Of a DNA stretch of 64,000 nt, positions 34,808 to 44,631 are shown piece by piece. The position numbers and the translations under genes were made by a program. The stretch lies in the NCBI GenBank assembly GCA_029066845.1, contig JAIEFR010000017.1, forward strand, positions 56,805 to 120,804, in the 5' to 3' direction. Source of the DNA: Clostridia bacterium (GTDB lineage: Bacteria > Bacillota > Clostridia > Christensenellales > Borkfalkiaceae). How positions within the stretch are numbered: position 1 is the first letter of the stretch; each line of letters begins with the position of its first letter. The notes beneath the pieces are model-generated. The model did not search any database, had not been told where the DNA came from, and was given only the letters and a program-made list of their open reading frames with translations.

Positions 34808-37800
34808 TTAATAGCTGACCGTTATGGTCGTATCGGTGCTTATGGTTTTGTCGCCGATATCGCCCGTAGTAACGCTACGCAATTTACCCGATTCTGCGTA
34901 TTTAAAGCCTTTAAGCGATAATTCCTTGACTTCGATATAATACGTATTCGCACTGTCGGTAATATAAATTCTGTTCGCGTTCGAATCGACGCTGATGCTT
35001 ACCGAGCCTTCGTACACTTTTATTTCCGGAGTTTTATTCTGACCCAAATTTACTCCGTTCAAGTAAATATTGTTGTTGTCGGAAAAGCCTTTCTTTATAT
35101 TGACGGTAATTGTGTACGTATTCTTTTTCAACCAGCTTGCCGTGTAAATAAGCTTGCCGTCCTCTTCGCTCTTCGTCCACCCCTTAAAATTGTGCGTTGC
35201 GTGCGTGGGTTCGGGAAGATTTATATCGTCGCCGTCCATAGGAACGTTCATCTTCGTGAGCGTGTTTGCCGCAATATCCGTACCGAACATACTGAAGGCG
35301 AGTTCGCTGTAAACGTAGATTTCAGCCGTCTTTTTGTAAGTAACGTTGAAAGTCAAAGCCGTCTTGCCGTTTTCCGTTGCGGAGGTTACGGTGTAGTCGC
35401 ACATATACGTTATGCCGTCCCTCGTGAAGCTCATATTCGCAAGCCCCGCTTGTAGCGCCTTGTTGACCGTGGTTTCGTAAGCGCTGCCCGCATACGCGCC
35501 CGCAGTCACGTAAGGGAAATATCCGCTGAGAATATTTTCAACCGCCTCGGTCGTCAGCGTGCTGCCGACTACGCCGTTAAGGTCTACGTTTACGTTATAG
35601 TCAACGTACTGCCAGCCACCCTTCGAATAAGCCGCGCCGCCGTTATCGCCTATGTAGAAATTGAACGAGAACACCTTGGATACGTATCTGAAATGCTTCC
35701 AGTTGCCGCCGTTTGCGACGATATTGTTGTAATAAACGGTGAGCGCCGTCTTCTCCTCGTTACTGCTTACGGAGCAGCCGTAGAAAGGCATCGTCTTGGA
35801 GTTTCCGTCCTTGCCGAGGAAGGTCACGTTTTCCGCAAGGAATACCGCGCTTTCCATATCCAAGTTGTCGAGGAACGCGTTTTCGCCCACGGTCACGATA
35901 TTTTCGGGTACAACCACACTCTTTATAGGCTTGCCTTCGGTGTTGGCGAACGCGTTTGCCGCTATCGCCGTTACGGGGTAGCCGCCTATCACGTTTTCAA
36001 GCACGAGGGTGTTGCCCTTTACCGAGTAGTAATCGTTAAAGCCAGCCGCTTTGCCGCTTGCAGTATACGAAAGCGTGCTTGCGTTGAAGGTGTACTTAAC
36101 GAAGTTTATAACGGTTTCGCTCTTTACGAAAGTGCCGTAGATATGCAACGTCGTCTGAGTGCCGTCTATTACGTCGTCTGCGCCGACGGGCGTGCCGTCC
36201 TCATAGGTGGGAACCTGCACGGTTTCGAGCCCCGTTACCGAAACGGGCACCTTGTCGCCGACAAACGAATTTACTATATGCTCCTCGCTGCCGTTGTGAA
36301 CGACTACCGTGACGCTCTTTGCAGTGGTCGCGTAAACGACCGTATCGCCGTTCATTATGAACTGCGTGCCGCTCAGCTCGCCGTTGTCGCCCGTGGTATA
36401 GAGCAGTCGGTCAGTCTTAGCCGCGTCCGCATATACGGGCGAGTCGTTATCGTAGAGATATACGGTAGAGCCGTGTCTTACTTCCATCTCCTGCTTTTCG
36501 CCGTTGAGTCCCACCACGGTGAGCTTGTGCGAATAGAGAACGTTGGAATATTCGGTAGTGAACGTGTAGCCGTTGTTGCCGCTCGTTACCGAGAAGCAGC
36601 CGAACTTCTGGTCGTAACCCTGTTCGGGCTTCTTTGCGGTATATTCGAAGTCGGGAAGCTCGTTTGCCTTTTCCGCCTCCGCCATTGCCTTGCCGTACAG
36701 ATCGGGCGCGGTCTTGCCGCTTTGCAGGGTTGTGCCCGTAGCGTATTCATCCGACCAGTCGCAGTTGAATTTCAGATTTGCATTAAAGGTTACGTAGCTC
36801 TGAATTGCTCCGCTTGCCTTCACGCTGTCAAGACCTGCGTCCGTACGCGTTATAGCCGCATTGAGCTTTGTGAGCACGCCGTTTGTAACCGTACCCGCGT
36901 TGAGCGCAAAGCCGTAGTAATTATCGTATACACCCAGATCGCTTTCCAGTGCGGAATAGTTACCGAACACTGCCGTTTCCCTGCCGTCCGTCATAACTCG
37001 GAGAGCGTCAACGAAATCGTACATCGAAATTTCCTGTTCGGTCTTCTGCTCCGTCTTGTTGTACAGATATACGTCCTGCGTGGTGGTAAGCCCAGAGCTG
37101 ACGTCTGCCTTTACGAAGCTCATTATGAGATCCCAGCCGCTTATCCTGAACAGCCATTCGAGAACGGAGTTCTTGGAAAGCATATGATCCATAAAGTAGT
37201 CGAAGGTCATAATCTTGTATTCGGGCGTTGAAGTGTTGAGCCCTCTTGCAAGAGTGAGCAGTCCGTTGCGGTAAGTTATGCCTGCCGTACCCTCGGCAAT
37301 ACCCATACCAAGAACCTTGGTTTCCTTGACGTGCATTACCGCGTTGAGCACCAGACCGTTTTCGCCGTCTATGCCCGCCGTTACCGTTATGGTATCGATA
37401 TTGACGTCGAGCATATTGACTATTTTTGCGGTTATGCTTCCGCTGAGCGTGTACTGAGTGCGCAGCTCGCCGTTGTTCGTCGCAACCTTGACGATATCCT
37501 GTATCAGCGTGGGTAAGAATTCAATCGAGATATAGTCGGCTCTTTCGAATTTGGAGTAGTCGCGCCTTGCGGTCAGCTCGGAGGAGAGATATATCCATTC
37601 CTTAAGTTCCTCGTTGCCGTCGGCGTCTGCAACAAACGTCTTGCCGCTGGTCTTCATAGAGTGGCTGTTGTGGTTTATAACCGCCTCTACCGTGCCGAGC
37701 TTGCCCGTGTTGAAGCCGAGCTGGCTTACTACGTTGTCGAGGTCGATTGTTGCCGTAAGCACGCCCTCGGTTTCGGTGGCGACTACAGCCTCGCTGAAAT

Positions 37801-40800
37801 TGAATTCGAGAATATTTGTGAGAAGCGAAGCAAGTTTAGTCTTCGTATCGTCGGTGATAACTACGCTGTTTTCACCGCCTTCCGCGGTTTCCGTACTGCC
37901 GTCGGTTGCGAGGAGTTTGCCAAGCACTTCCAGAACGTTGGTATTGTTGAGCGTATCGAACAGCACCTCGAAGGTTTTGAACAAGCTGTCCTGCGTTGCA
38001 ACCATTTTAAGGTCGGGAAGCTTTATGTCCGCAACCTGGCTGAGATTTATATAGAAGTGGGTGTTGTTGCCGCGCCTTTCGGTTATTACGTTGAGCTTGA
38101 TTATCACGCCCGCGGCGTCTATGTCGAGATTGGCTTCGGCAAGCTTGCCCTGCTCTCCCTTTTCACCGGTTACGTAAATTTCCGCGCCTACGTATACGTT
38201 TTCCAGACCTTCGATATTGCAGTTGTCGCCGTTCAGTCCGAACTGTACCGCGTAGGTGCTGGAACCGAGAATATTTTCAACCGATACGGAGGAAATAGCC
38301 TCGAACAGGAAGTCGTAGGCAAGACGCACAAAGCCCGCGCTGCCGTCCTTAGAGGAGGACATATTGCAGCTTTCGAACTTGCTTTCGATTGCGGGGATAA
38401 GGCTGCCCGTCACCGACGTTGCCGTAACGCCGCCGCCCATTGTGAACCTTTCGCCGATTGCCGCTTCGTAGTTGAGCGTGAGCGCGCCGTCCGCGCCTAT
38501 TTCCACGCTAGCCGCGTTTTCGGAAAGGTATTTAAGGGCAACCGATTTGCCGTCCGAAGTCAAAGTTAAATCGTTGAGAACGCTTACCCATTTATCAGAA
38601 GCGAGCAATCCGAAGAGCGCCGACATAAGCTTGTCGTTGCCCGAAACGTCGTCGTTTTCCTCTACGGTGAGCGCCGCAGTCTGCGTATCCGCGCCGAAAA
38701 GTCCCTTTACCTTATTATATATATCGTTGAAGCCTGCTTTTACCGAATCTATATCTTCTTTGTAGATTTCAAGACCGACTTCGTTGAGCGCCATTTTAAC
38801 CAGCGGAGTGCCGTCGGCGTTTTTATCGTAAATCAATTTGAAGGTTGCAACGTCCGAAGCCTTTTCGGTTATTGCCATTGCAAGGTCGAGCGCAACGTAT
38901 TCACCGCCCTTCTTCCAGCTGATTTCGCCTTCGCCCCAGATATCTACTACGATGCCGTCCAGCGAAAGATAGCTTGTGCCGCGCTCTATTTCAAACGCGA
39001 TGCTCTGCTCCTCTATTACGCTTTCAACCTCGCTCCACACCGCGCCCGCGGTATTGATAAGGTCGGTCAGATCGAGACAGCTATCGAAATCGGGCTGTTC
39101 GATTGCGCCGTCCGCACCGCTCACGCTCATATCGAAGCCGAGCGCGGGAAGACTTGCGGAAAGGCTGCCGCCGTAAACGCCCTCGCCCCTCTGATATTTC
39201 AGCGTGCACGAGCCGAACTTTAAGCCCGCGTTTACGTTGAACATTTCGAGCAGCGCGTCTACGCTTACGCCTATTTTAATGGACGCCTTGTCTGCGTAAA
39301 CCTCGGTGAGCAGACCGGAGAAATCTGCGGAAAGCGCGCCGTTTACTATCTTAATCAGACCGTCGCCAGAAGCCGACTGCGCCTCGGGTAAAGTCAGAAG
39401 CTGTGTAACCGCTTCCGCAACCTCTTTGATGTCGCACTTTAAGTTTATATTGACGGGCACGCCGTTAAGCTGCTTTAAGCTTACTACCGCCTTGCCGTAG
39501 CCGTCGCTTGCGGGGTCGTAGCCGTACCAGACGCCTACCGTTGCGGAAATTTTATGTCCGAGGTACGTATAGGAAACGTCCGCGTCCGCGCCGACAGTTA
39601 TATCGTCAATGTCTACGTAAGCGGTGACGTCGGCGTTTACGCCCTTAAGTCCCGCAATCTTTACTTTTTCGTCGTCGCCGCGCAGGTTAGCCTTAACTTT
39701 AATCAAATCCGCGCCGAGAAGGGAATGAACGTCCGCAATGTATTCGGCGAGATTTGCGCCCTCCTCCTCGGAAGGACGGGTTATCCTGGGTGCGGTTGTG
39801 GTGAGTATGGTAAGACCCAAATCGACAGTTTCGCCGCCTATCGACAGACCGCCTACGCTGCCGCCGCGGAACGTGATTTCGTTGTTGTTTATACCGAACA
39901 CCAGTCTTGCGTCAATGCCGATACCGAGACCCAGCAGATCGTCCGTATCGAGAGTGAGCACCGCCTGCTTTTCGCCCGCGGTGATAACCATAGCGTTCAT
40001 TAACTCGCTTATAGGGTCAACGCCTTCCTCTGCGGTCTGCGTATCCGTTGTCTGGTCCTGGTCGCCGTTTTTGCCGAACGCCGCCGTAATTTTGTCAATG
40101 ACGTCGCCGAACTGACCTACGGCAAGCTTGACTTCGGCAAGATTTCCGTTTAAAGCGAAGTCCTTACCGTAATAAGCCGCAATTTCGCCGTCTTCGTATT
40201 CGATATACAGCGTCTGCTCCTTTAAGCTCTTGCCGAGGCTGAGGTTAAGTACGAGCGTGCCGAGCGGGTCGGACAGGTCAAGCGAAACAAACGCGTAGCC
40301 GACGTAGGTGTTGTTGCCGAGGTTTGCGGTAATTTCGAACTGCGCACCGCCGTTCATTATCTGCGAGAAGCCGTTCGAAAGCACGTTGGTAACGTCAACT
40401 ACCAGCTTTTCGTCGGTAGAACCGCCCTGTTCCAGGCTGTCGTCGCCCAGATATTTTTTATAATAGCTGTCGTAATAGGCGTAATGCGCGTCGTCGAAGT
40501 GGTCGTCGCCGTACCAGTACTCGGTTGCAAAGTCGGAAACCGAGGAAACGACTATACCCTTGTTGACGTTTGCCACCTCGTGCATACTTGCCGAAAGTAT
40601 TTTCCAGCCGCCGTCGAAGGTGACCGAGAAAGTAATGCTCTGGAATTCGGGGTAGCCGCTCAGTCCGCCCCTCGTCTTCATACCGAACTGGTAGAAATAC
40701 GTGGAAGCTACGGGGTCGAGCGTGAAACTCTGCGTGTACGTACCGTCTGCATTTACCTTTATCTGTTCGCTGTCGATTATGTTGTTTTCGTTGACTATGT

Positions 40801-41341
40801 AGTTGAACAGCTCGTTGGGAAGCAGACCGTAGGTGTAGTGATAGGAACGCTCATTAAAGATAACGGGAGCTTCCTCGCTCCACACCGCCTCGGAAGGCAG
40901 GGTGTCCGCCTGGGGAGCTTCGCTCGTGCGGAAATAAACTTCGTACTCGCCGTCGGCGTTCTGAACCGTGCAGGTCTGCGTGCCGCTCTTGACCATCGAC
41001 GAATAGGTCAAGTCGGTCGTTAAAAGCACTCCGTCCTTATAGTCGCGGAAGTTACGCGTGGTCTGCGTTGCTATGGAAGCGGCGGTTACGCCGTAGGAAT
41101 AGGAATGATACTGCTCCTGACTGTCGAAGACGTAAACTATGTACGCCAGATTTTCCGCGCAGGTGTGCGCGGTGGGCAGACTTCCGTCGTCCGGGGGCGC
41201 AAGCCTTGTGATTTCTATATTATCGGGCTCGGTTAAATCGGTGGACTTGTGAACACAACCCGCCGCGCCTGCGGACAGAGTTGCAACAGCCGTTACCGAT
41301 AAAGCCGTAGCTATTAACTTTTTAAGTGAAAATTTACTCAT
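34808..41341 (-). CDS. Giant (2177 aa) predicted surface lipoprotein with C-terminal BspA-type LRR and Listeria-Bacteroides repeat segments
   Basis: Signal peptide plus lipobox (LSAGAAGC). About 1600 aa of unassigned, beta-rich-looking sequence. LRR-like PVTAIAANAFANTEGKPIKSVVVPENIVTVGENAF. HNFKGWTKSEEDGKLIYTASW repeat near the C-terminus. Confidence 0.8.
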   Translation of the reverse strand: MSKFSLKKLIATALSVTAVATLSAGAAGCVHKSTDLTEPDNIEITRLAPPDDGSLPTAHTCAENLAYIVYVFDSQEQYHSYSYGVTAASIATQTTRNFRDYKDGVLLTTDLTYSSMVKSGTQTCTVQNADGEYEVYFRTSEAPQADTLPSEAVWSEEAPVIFNERSYHYTYGLLPNELFNYIVNENNIIDSEQIKVNADGTYTQSFTLDPVASTYFYQFGMKTRGGLSGYPEFQSITFSVTFDGGWKILSASMHEVANVNKGIVVSSVSDFATEYWYGDDHFDDAHYAYYDSYYKKYLGDDSLEQGGSTDEKLVVDVTNVLSNGFSQIMNGGAQFEITANLGNNTYVGYAFVSLDLSDPLGTLVLNLSLGKSLKEQTLYIEYEDGEIAAYYGKDFALNGNLAEVKLAVGQFGDVIDKITAAFGKNGDQDQTTDTQTAEEGVDPISELMNAMVITAGEKQAVLTLDTDDLLGLGIGIDARLVFGINNNEITFRGGSVGGLSIGGETVDLGLTILTTTAPRITRPSEEEGANLAEYIADVHSLLGADLIKVKANLRGDDEKVKIAGLKGVNADVTAYVDIDDITVGADADVSYTYLGHKISATVGVWYGYDPASDGYGKAVVSLKQLNGVPVNINLKCDIKEVAEAVTQLLTLPEAQSASGDGLIKIVNGALSADFSGLLTEVYADKASIKIGVSVDALLEMFNVNAGLKFGSCTLKYQRGEGVYGGSLSASLPALGFDMSVSGADGAIEQPDFDSCLDLTDLINTAGAVWSEVESVIEEQSIAFEIERGTSYLSLDGIVVDIWGEGEISWKKGGEYVALDLAMAITEKASDVATFKLIYDKNADGTPLVKMALNEVGLEIYKEDIDSVKAGFNDIYNKVKGLFGADTQTAALTVEENDDVSGNDKLMSALFGLLASDKWVSVLNDLTLTSDGKSVALKYLSENAASVEIGADGALTLNYEAAIGERFTMGGGVTATSVTGSLIPAIESKFESCNMSSSKDGSAGFVRLAYDFLFEAISSVSVENILGSSTYAVQFGLNGDNCNIEGLENVYVGAEIYVTGEKGEQGKLAEANLDIDAAGVIIKLNVITERRGNNTHFYINLSQVADIKLPDLKMVATQDSLFKTFEVLFDTLNNTNVLEVLGKLLATDGSTETAEGGENSVVITDDTKTKLASLLTNILEFNFSEAVVATETEGVLTATIDLDNVVSQLGFNTGKLGTVEAVINHNSHSMKTSGKTFVADADGNEELKEWIYLSSELTARRDYSKFERADYISIEFLPTLIQDIVKVATNNGELRTQYTLSGSITAKIVNMLDVNIDTITVTAGIDGENGLVLNAVMHVKETKVLGMGIAEGTAGITYRNGLLTLARGLNTSTPEYKIMTFDYFMDHMLSKNSVLEWLFRISGWDLIMSFVKADVSSGLTTTQDVYLYNKTEQKTEQEISMYDFVDALRVMTDGRETAVFGNYSALESDLGVYDNYYGFALNAGTVTNGVLTKLNAAITRTDAGLDSVKASGAIQSYVTFNANLKFNCDWSDEYATGTTLQSGKTAPDLYGKAMAEAEKANELPDFEYTAKKPEQGYDQKFGCFSVTSGNNGYTFTTEYSNVLYSHKLTVVGLNGEKQEMEVRHGSTVYLYDNDSPVYADAAKTDRLLYTTGDNGELSGTQFIMNGDTVVYATTAKSVTVVVHNGSEEHIVNSFVGDKVPVSVTGLETVQVPTYEDGTPVGADDVIDGTQTTLHIYGTFVKSETVINFVKYTFNASTLSYTASGKAAGFNDYYSVKGNTLVLENVIGGYPVTAIAANAFANTEGKPIKSVVVPENIVTVGENAFLDNLDMESAVFLAENVTFLGKDGNSKTMPFYGCSVSSNEEKTALTVYYNNIVANGGNWKHFRYVSKVFSFNFYIGDNGGAAYSKGGWQYVDYNVNVDLNGVVGSTLTTEAVENILSGYFPYVTAGAYAGSAYETTVNKALQAGLANMSFTRDGITYMCDYTVTSATENGKTALTFNVTYKKTAEIYVYSELAFSMFGTDIAANTLTKMNVPMDGDDINLPEPTHATHNFKGWTKSEEDGKLIYTASWLKKNTYTITVNIKKGFSDNNNIYLNGVNLGQNKTPEIKVYEGSVSISVDSNANRIYITDSANTYYIEVKELSLKGFKYAESGKLRSVTTGDIGDKTISTDTTITVSY

Positions 41342-41403
41342 TTTGCTATCTCTTTCACGGACCTATCGACAAACAGCGCACGATATGACATTATCCGTGA
41401 TAA

Positions 41404-41419
41404 AACTATTATAATAGTT
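41404..41419. promoter_or_regulatory. Perfect 16-bp palindrome in the divergent promoter region (contains TATAAT on both strands)
   Basis: aactattataatagtt, between the giant lipoprotein gene and the minD-like gene. Confidence 0.35.
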
Positions 41420-41572
41420 ATAAACACCGTTGTCAATGGTTTTGAGGGTGCTTGTCATAAAAAAGTATTACTGTACGCGTTAAAATATTACAAAAAACGA
41501 TAATTTTTTTCAAAAACCGCCTAAAACTATAATATATAATGACAAGAAAAATTACAACGGAGATTTTGTCAT

Positions 41573-42304
41573 ATGTCGGACGTGATTTTTATGACTGGCG
41601 CGAGGGGCGGCGCGGGCACGACGACGTGCGCCGTAAAGCTGGGAATTGCACTGAGCGAGGCGGGTGAACGCACGCTTATTGTGGACGGCGATACGGAGTG
41701 CGCAAGCGGACTGCAGGCAAGCGGTTTGCAGGGGCTGAACGTCTATACCCTTGCCGACGTGGAAACGGGTGCGTGCCGCGTCAAGCAGGCGATTTTGCAG
41801 CACCCTTCCTCCCCCAACCTTTACGTTCTGCCCTCTCTGGGCTGTAAGGACGGCGGTTGCGTGGAAAAGGCGGTTGCCGAGTGCGAGCCGCTGTTCGATT
41901 ACGTAATCTGCGACCAAACCGCGCGAAGCGCGTGCCGCCGCGCGTTGCTTGTGAGCGACCCATACCACACCTCCCTGACGGGTGCGAAAAAACGGGGCGG
42001 AGAGCTCAAGGACGCGGGGTTCAAGGACGTAGGGCTTCTGATAAACAAAGTCAACGGCGGGCTGGTCTTCGACGGCGCGATACTCACGCCGCAGGAATTT
42101 GCAACCGTCGTACGCCTTCCGCTGTGGGGAGTTATCCCCGAGGATCTGTCACTGCCTTTGAACAAAATGCGCTCGGGCACCAAAAAGGCGTTTGCGCTTG
42201 CCGCCGCGTTTGTTTCGGGCAAGGGCAAAAAGACCTACGGCGTTGTGAGAGAGTATTTAGGCGTGAAGGGAATTATAAAACGTAAAATGAGGGAACGCGT
42301 ATGA
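41573..42304 (+). CDS. MinD/ParA-like protein with degenerate Walker A
   Basis: 243 aa. It can be aligned by eye to MinD: VIFMTGARGGAGTTT vs canonical SGKGGVGKTT, LIVDGD, DYVICD, LLINKV, basic amphipathic C-terminus. Both conserved lysines are replaced (K to R, K to T). Confidence 0.7.
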   Translation: MSDVIFMTGARGGAGTTTCAVKLGIALSEAGERTLIVDGDTECASGLQASGLQGLNVYTLADVETGACRVKQAILQHPSSPNLYVLPSLGCKDGGCVEKAVAECEPLFDYVICDQTARSACRRALLVSDPYHTSLTGAKKRGGELKDAGFKDVGLLINKVNGGLVFDGAILTPQEFATVVRLPLWGVIPEDLSLPLNKMRSGTKKAFALAAAFVSGKGKKTYGVVREYLGVKGIIKRKMRERV

Positions 42305-42504
42305 ACATTGACGTGACGGCAGACCGCGAGCAGATGACAGACGAGGAAAAAGAGCTTTTCTTATGCGATTTAAAAGGCGTGTGCGCTGAGTACTTCGAAG
42401 CGGACGGAAAATACTCGATGGACGTTACGCGTACCGAAAACGGTTTTTCCGTGTGCATAATCTTCGACGCCGTGAGAATTAAAAAATTTAAAAAACCGCG
42501 TTAA
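42301..42504 (+). CDS. Short MinE-like protein (topological-specificity-domain-like only)
   Basis: 67 aa with an ATGA overlap to the minD-like gene. LFLCDLKGVCAEYFEADGKYSMDVTRTENGFSVCIIFDAVRI resembles the C-terminal MinE domain. The similarity is by eye only. Confidence 0.4.
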   Translation: MNIDVTADREQMTDEEKELFLCDLKGVCAEYFEADGKYSMDVTRTENGFSVCIIFDAVRIKKFKKPR

Positions 42505-42535
42505 AAAAAGAGCCGACGAAAGGTCGGCTCTTTTG
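42505..42535. terminator. Bidirectional terminator
   Basis: A-run, agagccgac-gaaag-gtcggctct, then TTTT. Confidence 0.8.
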
Positions 42536-42554
42536 CATAATTACTCATTTTTAT

Positions 42555-43898
42555 TCAGTTGGCGTAGATGGCTTTTACTGCCAGAGCAAGCTGTTCGTCG
42601 CCGTAGGTGACGTCCCACTCCGCCTTGACCGTCTTGCAACCCTGCTCCACGTTCAGCCCCACGCCGTGTATGCTGACTTCGCCCTTAGGCCAGTAAATTT
42701 TTGCCGTGGTGAGCTTTAACGCCTCGCCCGTGAGATGGTTGCGGATAGTCGTCTGCATAATGCCCTTGCCGTAGGTGCGGCAGTTTTTGTCCGCCGTATG
42801 CGAAAAGGCGAGATAGTTTTCCGAGAAGTCGGAAACATAGACGTCGCCGTAATCTATAACACCGTTGTCGATAAGTACGCCTATCAGCGCTTCCGACGCG
42901 CTAGCCGTGCCGTTGTCCGCAAGCACGCTCACCTTGGTGCCCGCGGGCAGACAGGCGGACGACTTGTAATTGTTCTTTACGGAATACCCCTCCTGCCTGC
43001 CGTTCTTATAGACGGCAATCATACCTATTTTGTTGCGCTCGGTAAGCAGTCCCGTATAAATGCCCGCAATGTCGCACATTACGTCTACGTAGCCGCCGCC
43101 GTTACCGCGCAAATCGAGAATGAGCGAGGTGCAGCTCTGCGCGTTGAAGATTTCTATAAGCGAAGCCATTTCCGAAGCGGCGTTGCCGTAGAACTGGTCT
43201 AGTTTAAGATAAGCCGCTCCGTCGGGCAGGCATTTAATTCCGCCGTCTGTGCGCACCGTCTTGCCGCCGCTGCCGTCGTATACGATACTCCACTGCGCGG
43301 TTGAAGTGTACATCGTGCAGTAGCTTGCCGTATAGTTCTGTTTGGAAAGCTCGTACTCGCCGCGGTCGGTGATAAAGGTGAACGATTCGCCCGTCGCGAA
43401 AGAATCGATGCAGTTAGAAAAGTCGTCGCTCGAAGTAATTTCAGTCTTCTGCGAACCGTGCTCCACCGCCGTGACGAATTCACCCGCGCGCAGTCCGCTG
43501 TCGTAAGCGGGCGAGTTGCCGACGACGCTCTCTATCAGAACTCCGCTATTGCCAGAGGGGTGAACGCCGTCCGGCACGAACGCGTAGCTTATGCCCACGC
43601 CGCTCTTACTGCCGCTGTTGGAAGCCACCAGCGCGTCGTATTCCTCCGCCGTGTAGTAAGCCGAATAAATGTCGAGATACTTGTCCGCAATTCCTTTGAG
43701 CGTGCTCTCCGAAATATCGTCAATGGGAACGTCCTCGTAGTAGTTTTCCTTTATGGTATTAATCAGCCATTCGTAGGAAGACGCCTGCCTGCCGCGCGTG
43801 AAGCGCGAGGTGATAAATCCCGCCGCGAAAGCCGCCGCCGCGATGACCAGCGCAACCGTCACCGTCAGAAAAATTTTCAACGCTTTATTGTTCTTCAT
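42555..43898 (-). CDS. S41-family peptidase (C-terminal processing protease-like) with N-terminal membrane anchor and PDZ-like region
   Basis: 447 aa. LILDLRGNGGGYV and GTASASEALIG match S41 motifs. Confidence 0.85.
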   Translation of the reverse strand: MKNNKALKIFLTVTVALVIAAAAFAAGFITSRFTRGRQASSYEWLINTIKENYYEDVPIDDISESTLKGIADKYLDIYSAYYTAEEYDALVASNSGSKSGVGISYAFVPDGVHPSGNSGVLIESVVGNSPAYDSGLRAGEFVTAVEHGSQKTEITSSDDFSNCIDSFATGESFTFITDRGEYELSKQNYTASYCTMYTSTAQWSIVYDGSGGKTVRTDGGIKCLPDGAAYLKLDQFYGNAASEMASLIEIFNAQSCTSLILDLRGNGGGYVDVMCDIAGIYTGLLTERNKIGMIAVYKNGRQEGYSVKNNYKSSACLPAGTKVSVLADNGTASASEALIGVLIDNGVIDYGDVYVSDFSENYLAFSHTADKNCRTYGKGIMQTTIRNHLTGEALKLTTAKIYWPKGEVSIHGVGLNVEQGCKTVKAEWDVTYGDEQLALAVKAIYAN

Positions 43899-44236
43899 CT
43901 TACCCCTGCCTCCCCGTTATAACAACGGTACAGAATAATAAAAGTGACGGCGTCCGAAAATTTACACACGTCCAGTCCCGTCAGTTTTTTAAGCTTGGCA
44001 ATTCTGTAAATGAGCGTGTTGCGGTGCATATATAGCTTGCCCGCGGTACGGCTTACGTTGAGGTCGTTTTCGAAAAGACACAGACAGGTTGATACCAGAT
44101 CCTTATCCTCGAAAGCGCGCGCATAGCCGCCCAGATCGAGTGCGGACGGCATAACGTTAAGTCTGTTTTCAAGCCCCTCTTTTATGAGTCCGTCAAGCAG
44201 ACTTCCGCCCGCCGGAATTGTGTTTTGTTTAAGCAT
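43895..44236 (-). CDS. PucR/CdaR-type C-terminal HTH protein
   Basis: 113 aa. VSRTAGKLYMHRNTLIYRIAKLKKLTGLD is the PucR_C HTH pattern. ATGA overlap with the peptidase gene. Confidence 0.6.
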   Translation of the reverse strand: MLKQNTIPAGGSLLDGLIKEGLENRLNVMPSALDLGGYARAFEDKDLVSTCLCLFENDLNVSRTAGKLYMHRNTLIYRIAKLKKLTGLDVCKFSDAVTFIILYRCYNGEAGVR

Positions 44237-44501
44237 ATTCGGCTCCGTTTTTCGCCTTTGGTGCGCACATATACCGCAATTAACGGTATTTTTCCGCGCA
44301 CGGGCACTATATTTATTATATACTCTATTTTACGATTTATCAACCAGTTTGAAATAAAAATGAATTATAAGCGCAGAAGATGTCTAAAATATTACCGTAG
44401 GACAAGCCGCGGAGCATAAACCGATGACGTTAACTTTGCCATATTATGCGGTCAACCGCCAAAAATAATGTAAGTTTAAGGTAAAAAAATCCATATACGT
44501 C

Positions 44502-44530
44502 TTGACATACGCGCGCATTTGTACTACAAT
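44502..44530 (+). promoter_or_regulatory. Candidate sigma-A promoter
   Basis: TTGACA (44502-44507), 17-nt spacer, TACAAT (44525-44530). Confidence 0.45.
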
Positions 44531-44631
44531 TAGACATAGCTGAAAGTATTTCGGCACGACTGTAAAGGCGTCACGCCGGGCAACCGGCGCATTATGATAA
44601 ACCGAACGGAGAATGAATTTATGGCAGAAAA

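Noticed and set aside
35693-38569. 512-aa and 302-aa plus-strand ORFs (35693-37231, 37661-38569) and several shorter ones
   Set aside because: They are shadow ORFs antisense to the 2177-aa lipoprotein gene. Their composition is low-complexity and Val/Arg/Ala-rich, and no motifs are present.
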